Below, piece by piece: positions 56,591 through 64,000 of a stretch of DNA of 64,000 nt. The notes below the pieces were generated by a model that made no database searches, was not told where the DNA came from, and saw only the letters and a list, made by a program, of their open reading frames with translations. The number at the start of each line of letters is the position of its first letter. Within the stretch, counting starts at the first letter, position 1. Location: the NCBI GenBank assembly GCA_002405475.1, contig DHLX01000023.1, positions 41,221 to 105,220 on the forward strand. Reading direction: 5' to 3'. This DNA is from Burkholderiales bacterium UBA4657 (GTDB lineage: Bacteria; Pseudomonadota; Gammaproteobacteria; Burkholderiales; Burkholderiaceae_E). Both the position numbers and the translations under genes were made by a program.

Positions 56591-57327
56591 GCACCGTCGA
56601 GCCGTATCGATTCGCCGTTCAACATGGGGTTGACGATAATCTGTTCAGCCAGCAGGGCGTATTCCTCAGGCTTGCCGAGCCGTGGCGGAAACGGCACCAT
56701 GGCGCCAAGTGCCTGTTGTACTTCTTTGGGCATGCCCAGCAGCATGGGCGTTTCAAAAATGCCTGGGGCTATGGTCATGACGCGAATACCATGACGTGAC
56801 AGGTCACGCGCCATCGGCAGGGTCATGCTGACGATTCCGCCTTTGGAAGCGGCATAAGCGGCTTGCCCCATTTGCCCATCGTAGGCGGCGACCGAGGCGG
56901 TCATGATAATGACGCCGCGCTCACCATCGCTATTCGGCGTATTGCCCTGCATGGCCTGGGCGGCCAGGCGTGCCATATTGAAGGTGCCGAGCAGATTGAT
57001 ACGTAGTGTTTTATCGAACAGATCGAGCGCATGGGCGCCATCACGCCCGATGGTTTTGCTGGCAGGGGCAATGCCGGCGCAATTGACAAGTATTTCTAGT
57101 GATCCGAGTGCCAGGCAGGCCTGTACCGCCGCTTGGGCGCTATCTTCGCGCGTGACGTCGCAAAGAATGAAGCGTCCCGAAATCTCTTGTGCCAGAGCGT
57201 TCCCGGCCTCCTGATTCAGGTCGGCAATAACGACTTTGGCGCCCAATGCTGACAAGCGCCGTGCGGTCGCCGCACCCAGCCCCGAGGCACCGCCGCTAAT
57301 CAAGGCCACACTGTTTTGAATATTCAT
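56569..57327 (-). CDS. 3-hydroxyacyl-CoA dehydrogenase type II-like short-chain dehydrogenase
   Basis: Start [18 protein letters not shown], with GGAGAA upstream. YAASKGG catalytic motif. The C-terminus ...[12 protein letters not shown] matches the HSD10-type ending. Confidence 0.85.
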   Translation of the reverse strand: MNIQNSVALISGGASGLGAATARRLSALGAKVVIADLNQEAGNALAQEISGRFILCDVTREDSAQAAVQACLALGSLEILVNCAGIAPASKTIGRDGAHALDLFDKTLRINLLGTFNMARLAAQAMQGNTPNSDGERGVIIMTASVAAYDGQMGQAAYAASKGGIVSMTLPMARDLSRHGIRVMTIAPGIFETPMLLGMPKEVQQALGAMVPFPPRLGKPEEYALLAEQIIVNPMLNGESIRLDGAIRMQPK

Positions 57328-57340
57328 ACGAGTTCTCCAT

Positions 57341-57366
57341 AAAAAAAGCGGTGAGAGCATCACCGC
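57341..57366 (-). terminator. rho-independent terminator downstream of hppA
   Basis: On the minus strand: GCGGTGA-TGCTC-TCACCGC followed by TTTTTTT. Confidence 0.7.
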
Positions 57367-57389
57367 TTAGTCATTAACAATCTTGTGTG

Positions 57390-59591
57390 TTATTTGTTGG
57401 CTGGGGCCGTTTCGGTCGAGACTGGCGCGGGCGCAGGTGCTACCGCTGGCGCCGACAAGGTGCTTGACATCGACATGCCTGGCGGGGTGCTGGGCACCAC
57501 CGGAGCGGGCGCCTGGCTGGCGTAGAGTGAGCCTAAAATCGGCACCATCAACAAGGCCACCAGGTTGATGATTTTGATCAGGGGATTCACCGCCGGACCG
57601 GCCGTGTCTTTGTACGGGTCACCCACGGTGTCGCCCGTCACTGCGGCTTTATGCGCATCGCTGCCTTTGCCACCATGATGACCTTCTTCAATATATTTTT
57701 TGGCATTGTCCCAGGCACCGCCCCCGGTCGTCATCGAGATGGCGACAAACAGGCCGGTAATGATGGTGCCCATGAGCAGCCCGCCGAGTGCAGCCGGGCC
57801 GAGTACCACGCCGACGATAATGGGAACAATGACCGGAAGTAAGGAGGGAATCATCATTTCCTTGATGGCGGCCGTGGTCAGCATGTCTACCGCTTTACCG
57901 TATTCCGGCTTGGCCGTGCCTTCCATAATGCCTGGTATCTCGCGGAACTGACGCCGCACTTCTTCCACCACGCTGCCAGCCGCGCGACCGACGGCTTCCA
58001 TGGCCATGGCACCGAACAGGAACGGTATTAGGCCGCCAATAAACAGGCCGACGATGACCATGGGGTCCGACAGGTTGAAACTGGTGCTGATATTGACCGC
58101 TTTTAGTGCCTCGTTATAGTCAGCAAACAGTACCAGGGCTGCCAGACCGGCAGAGCCGATGGCATAACCTTTGGTCACGGCTTTGGTGGTATTGCCTACC
58201 GCGTCGAGCGGGTCGGTCACCGCACGCACGCTGTCGGGCAGTTCGCTCATTTCGGCAATGCCGCCAGCGTTATCGGTAATGGGGCCGTAGGCGTCCAGTG
58301 CCACGATAATGCCGGTCATGGACAGCATGGCTGTAGCGGCAATGGCGATACCGTACAGGCCATAAGTACCCCCACCCATGACATAAAACGAAGCCAGAAT
58401 GGCAGCACACACGGCCAGTACTGGTAAGGCGCAGGCTTTCATTGAGACCGCAATACCGGCAATGATGTTGGTGGCATGTCCGGTGCGTGAGGCTTCAGCC
58501 ACGTATTTCACGGGTTTGAAGTCGGTACCGGTGTAATACTCGGTAATCCAGACCATGGCGGCGGTCAGAACAATGCCGACCACGGCGGCCCAGTACAGTT
58601 TCATGGGGGTAACGGCACCACCGGTGGCTTGTGTCACGCCGCCCATAATCCACTGGGTTACGGGGTAGAACAGCACGAGTGAAATAACACCCGCGACGAT
58701 CAGGCCGCGATAGAGCGCGTTCATGATCTTGCCGCCTTCGCGTGCCTTGACGAAATAGCAGCCGACGATAGAAGCCAGGATCGAGACACCACCCAACGCT
58801 AAAGGATAGACCACGGCTTGCGCCCCATATCCGGCAAAGGCCAAAGCACCCACGAGCATGGTGGCCACGACCGTGACGGCGTAGGTTTCAAACAGGTCAG
58901 CCGCCATACCAGCACAATCACCGACGTTATCACCCACGTTGTCAGCAATGACGGCTGGATTGCGCGGGTCGTCTTCAGGAATACCGGCTTCGACTTTACC
59001 GACCAGGTCAGCGCCGACGTCGGCGCCCTTGGTGAAAATGCCACCACCCAGACGGGCAAAAATGGAAATGAGCGAGGAGCCGAAGGCCAGGCCGATCATG
59101 GGGTGCAGCAAATCACGCAGGCTGCCCGACGGGTGACCTATTTTGAGCAGCACGGCATAAAACCCGGCGACACCCAACAGCCCCAGACCGACCACCAGCA
59201 TGCCGGTAATGGCGCCGCCACGGAAGGCAATTTCCAGTGCGGCATTAATACCCCGGGTTGCGGCTTGTGCAGTACGCACGTTGGCGCGTACTGAAACATT
59301 CATGCCAATATAACCGGCCAGCCCGGACAATACCGCACCTAGGGCAAATCCGAGCGCGGTGGACCAGCCTAATTGCGGCACGAAGCCAATGATGAGAAAC
59401 AATACGACACCCACCAGCCCAATGGTGCGGTACTGACGGTTCAGGTACGCCTGCGCGCCTTGTTGAACAGCGGCAGCAATTTCCTGCATACGTGCATTAC
59501 CGGCTTCCTGCTTCAAAATCCAGCGGGTCCAGATTGCGCCAAAAAATACTGCGATTGCGCCGCAGATAAGCGCGAGTAACAACCCTGACAT
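57390..59591 (-). CDS. hppA: membrane-bound H+-translocating pyrophosphatase, K+-independent type
   Basis: 733 aa. [28 protein letters not shown] and [16 protein letters not shown] (Lys in GNTTKA indicates the K+-independent class). Pro/Ala-rich C-terminal tail. Confidence 0.95.
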   Translation of the reverse strand: MSGLLLALICGAIAVFFGAIWTRWILKQEAGNARMQEIAAAVQQGAQAYLNRQYRTIGLVGVVLFLIIGFVPQLGWSTALGFALGAVLSGLAGYIGMNVSVRANVRTAQAATRGINAALEIAFRGGAITGMLVVGLGLLGVAGFYAVLLKIGHPSGSLRDLLHPMIGLAFGSSLISIFARLGGGIFTKGADVGADLVGKVEAGIPEDDPRNPAVIADNVGDNVGDCAGMAADLFETYAVTVVATMLVGALAFAGYGAQAVVYPLALGGVSILASIVGCYFVKAREGGKIMNALYRGLIVAGVISLVLFYPVTQWIMGGVTQATGGAVTPMKLYWAAVVGIVLTAAMVWITEYYTGTDFKPVKYVAEASRTGHATNIIAGIAVSMKACALPVLAVCAAILASFYVMGGGTYGLYGIAIAATAMLSMTGIIVALDAYGPITDNAGGIAEMSELPDSVRAVTDPLDAVGNTTKAVTKGYAIGSAGLAALVLFADYNEALKAVNISTSFNLSDPMVIVGLFIGGLIPFLFGAMAMEAVGRAAGSVVEEVRRQFREIPGIMEGTAKPEYGKAVDMLTTAAIKEMMIPSLLPVIVPIIVGVVLGPAALGGLLMGTIITGLFVAISMTTGGGAWDNAKKYIEEGHHGGKGSDAHKAAVTGDTVGDPYKDTAGPAVNPLIKIINLVALLMVPILGSLYASQAPAPVVPSTPPGMSMSSTLSAPAVAPAPAPVSTETAPANK

Positions 59592-59738
59592 CTTGGTCTC
59601 CTTGGTTAATTTGCTTGCGTAATCAACTGCTTGGGTAAAATTGAATGCCCGGCTGAAGACATAACAGCTATCTTTGCAGGGTCTTGTCGTACAGCACTGC
59701 GAATATGCAGCAGTCCGCCTGGTCTGGCAAGATTTTTG

Positions 59739-61914
<2,176 letters not shown>

Positions 61915-61996
61915 GCCGTCTCCGTCGTCGATGTCTTTATAATTCGAGCTTACCCATGACTTCGGTCTTATTCCAGTATTTCTTTAGAAAGCGTGT

Positions 61997-64000
61997 ATGA
62001 AAGTCGCCGCAATCCGTGACAAATTTTTGAAATTTTTCGAGTCGCGTGGCCATACGATGGTACGCTCGTCAAGCTTGGTGCCAGCGAATGACCCGACCCT
62101 GTTGTTCACCAACAGCGGCATGGTGCAGTTCAAGGACGTTTTTCTGGGGTCGGATCAGCGCAGTTACAGTCGTGCCACGACAGCGCAGCGCAGTGTACGG
62201 GCAGGTGGCAAGCATAACGACCTGGAAAATGTCGGTTATACCGCCCGTCACCACACTTTTTTTGAAATGCTGGGCAATTTCAGTTTTGGTGACTATTTCA
62301 AGCGTGATGCGATTCGCTACGCCTGGGAATTATTGACCTCCGTTTATGGCTTGCCGCAGGAAAAATTATGGGTCACGGTGTACCAGGAAGACGATGAAGC
62401 TTATGACATCTGGCACCAGGAAATTGGCGTACCGGCAGCGCGCATAGTGCGCATAGGCGACAACAAGGGCGCACGCTACGCCAGCGATAATTTCTGGCAA
62501 ATGGCCGATACCGGGCCGTGTGGGCCGTGTTCAGAAATTTTTTACGACCATGGCCCCGAAGTATGGGGCGGTCCCCCGGGCTCTCCCGAGGCTGATGGCG
62601 ACCGCTACATCGAAATCTGGAACCTGGTGTTTATGCAATTTAACAAGGATGAGGCCGGAGTCCTGCACCCACTGCCCAAGCCTTGTGTCGATACCGGCAT
62701 GGGGCTCGAGCGCCTGGCCGCCGTATTGCAGCACGTGCATTCCAATTACGAGATTGACCTGTTCCAGACACTGATTCGAGCCGCTGCCCGTGAGACCGGC
62801 TGCGCCGACCTGAACGACAATTCCCTTAAAGTCATTGCCGACCATATTCGCGCTTGCAGCTTTTTGATTGTCGATGGCGTCATACCGGGCAGTGCCGGTC
62901 GCGGTTACGTACTGCGACGCATTATGCGGCGCGGCCTGCGTCATGGCTACAAGCTGGGTCAGACCCAGCCGTTCCTGCACAAACTGGTGAAAGATCTGGT
63001 GCTGGAAATGGGTGACGCTTACCCCGAGTTGAAACAGGCTGCGGCGCGGGTTGAGTCGGTCATTAAAACCGAAGAAGAACAGTTTGGCCGTACCCTGGAA
63101 CACGGCATGAAAATTCTGGAAACGGCATTCGCCAGTGGTGACAAGATTGATGGCGAGACCATTTTTACCCTGTATGACACCTATGGCTTCCCGGTTGATT
63201 TGACGGCTGACATGGCTCGCGAACGCAACAAGGAAGCTGACATGGACGGCTTTGAAAAAGCCATGCAGCGCCAGCGTGAGCAGGCACGTGCCGCCGGCAA
63301 GTTCAAAATGGCGGCCAGTGTCGAATACAGCGGCGTCAAAACCGCGTTTCGTGGTTATGACACGCTCGAACTGGAAGGCAAAATTACCGCACTCTATGTC
63401 GGTGGCACGGCGGTAGAAAAAGTAGTGGAAGGCCAGGAGGCCGTGGTCGTACTCGACAGCACACCGTTTTACGCTGAAAGTGGTGGCCAGGTGGGTGATA
63501 TCGGTGACCTGTTGTCGGTGACTGGCCAGTTCCAGGTGGAAGATACGCAAAAAATTCAGGCCGATGTCTTTGGTCACATTGGCACGGTACAACAGGGTAG
63601 TCTGGTAGTGGGTGGGCGCGTCAACTCGCGGGTCAATATGGCAGCGCGTCGTCGTGCTGCGGGCAACCATTCGGCCACACATTTGCTGCATGCCGCATTG
63701 CGCGCCGTGCTGGGGCCACATGTGCAGCAAAAAGGCTCACTGGTTGACCCGGACAAAACCCGCTTTGACTTTGCCCATGACAAACCCATGACCGAGGACG
63801 AAATTCGGCTGGTCGAGAAACTGGTAAACGATGAAATTCGGCTTAACCAACCGGTCACTGTACGTCACATGAGCTATGACGACGCCATTAAAGCCGGAGC
63901 CATGGCGCTGTTCGGTGAAAAATATGGCGATGAAGTACGCGTGCTGGGCATGGGTGATTTCAGTACCGAGCTATGCGGCGGCACCCATGTCACGCGTACT
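61997..64000 (+). CDS. alaS: alanine--tRNA ligase (3' partial, runs off window end)
   Basis: Translated by hand from the ATG at 61997: [51 protein letters not shown]...[35 protein letters not shown]. The frame is open to nt 64000 (...[11 protein letters not shown]). It is absent from the ORF track because no stop lies in the window. Confidence 0.95.
   Translation, partial: MKVAAIRDKFLKFFESRGHTMVRSSSLVPANDPTLLFTNSGMVQFKDVFLGSDQRSYSRATTAQRSVRAGGKHNDLENVGYTARHHTFFEMLGNFSFGDYFKRDAIRYAWELLTSVYGLPQEKLWVTVYQEDDEAYDIWHQEIGVPAARIVRIGDNKGARYASDNFWQMADTGPCGPCSEIFYDHGPEVWGGPPGSPEADGDRYIEIWNLVFMQFNKDEAGVLHPLPKPCVDTGMGLERLAAVLQHVHSNYEIDLFQTLIRAAARETGCADLNDNSLKVIADHIRACSFLIVDGVIPGSAGRGYVLRRIMRRGLRHGYKLGQTQPFLHKLVKDLVLEMGDAYPELKQAAARVESVIKTEEEQFGRTLEHGMKILETAFASGDKIDGETIFTLYDTYGFPVDLTADMARERNKEADMDGFEKAMQRQREQARAAGKFKMAASVEYSGVKTAFRGYDTLELEGKITALYVGGTAVEKVVEGQEAVVVLDSTPFYAESGGQVGDIGDLLSVTGQFQVEDTQKIQADVFGHIGTVQQGSLVVGGRVNSRVNMAARRRAAGNHSATHLLHAALRAVLGPHVQQKGSLVDPDKTRFDFAHDKPMTEDEIRLVEKLVNDEIRLNQPVTVRHMSYDDAIKAGAMALFGEKYGDEVRVLGMGDFSTELCGGTHVTRT

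Noticed and set aside
62531-63730. 399-aa minus-strand ORF
   Set aside because: It lies entirely antisense to the clearly recognisable alaS frame (61997 onward). It has no motifs and looks like a shadow ORF.

Overview
64-kb chromosomal segment. Gene content and local synteny (xseB-ispA-dxs, DUF3579-rpsT, murJ-sirB1-like, argD/F/G, hppA-adk-glpK-alaS) look betaproteobacterial; that taxon call is inference only. I support about 60 protein-coding genes, one tRNA-Ser(GGA), a few stem-loops or terminators and two candidate operator sites. I saw no rRNA, CRISPR array, IS element or transposase. Most of the window is housekeeping: murI, fumarate hydratase, acs plus an acetate-type symporter pair, murB, arginine biosynthesis, rpsT, murJ, H+-PPase, adk, glpK and alaS. 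The 5' end is rich in c-di-GMP signalling genes. The most interesting signal is a 4.8-kb cassette at 51736-56590. It is bracketed by a perfect 24-bp direct repeat that duplicates the 3' end of an SDR gene. It holds three overlapping same-strand genes and no recombinase: a Trp-rich membrane protein, a membrane-anchored YfcH-like NAD epimerase, and an 844-aa fusion of a degenerate alpha/beta-hydrolase with a PEP-utilising phosphotransferase. Other items worth a second look: a retropepsin-like protease gene broken by a +1 frameshift in a G8 tract; a COG2085-type reductase with an in-frame TAA; a 1.2-kb gene-poor stretch holding a TraB/GumN gene fragment between tRNA-Ser and xerD; a tandem pair of CsgG-like lipoprotein paralogs; an orphan membrane-anchored protein after dxs; and a 36-bp nested palindrome over the start codon of an allophanate hydrolase / ABC transporter / GntR operon. 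All functional calls come from reading motifs in the supplied translations. No database search was run.
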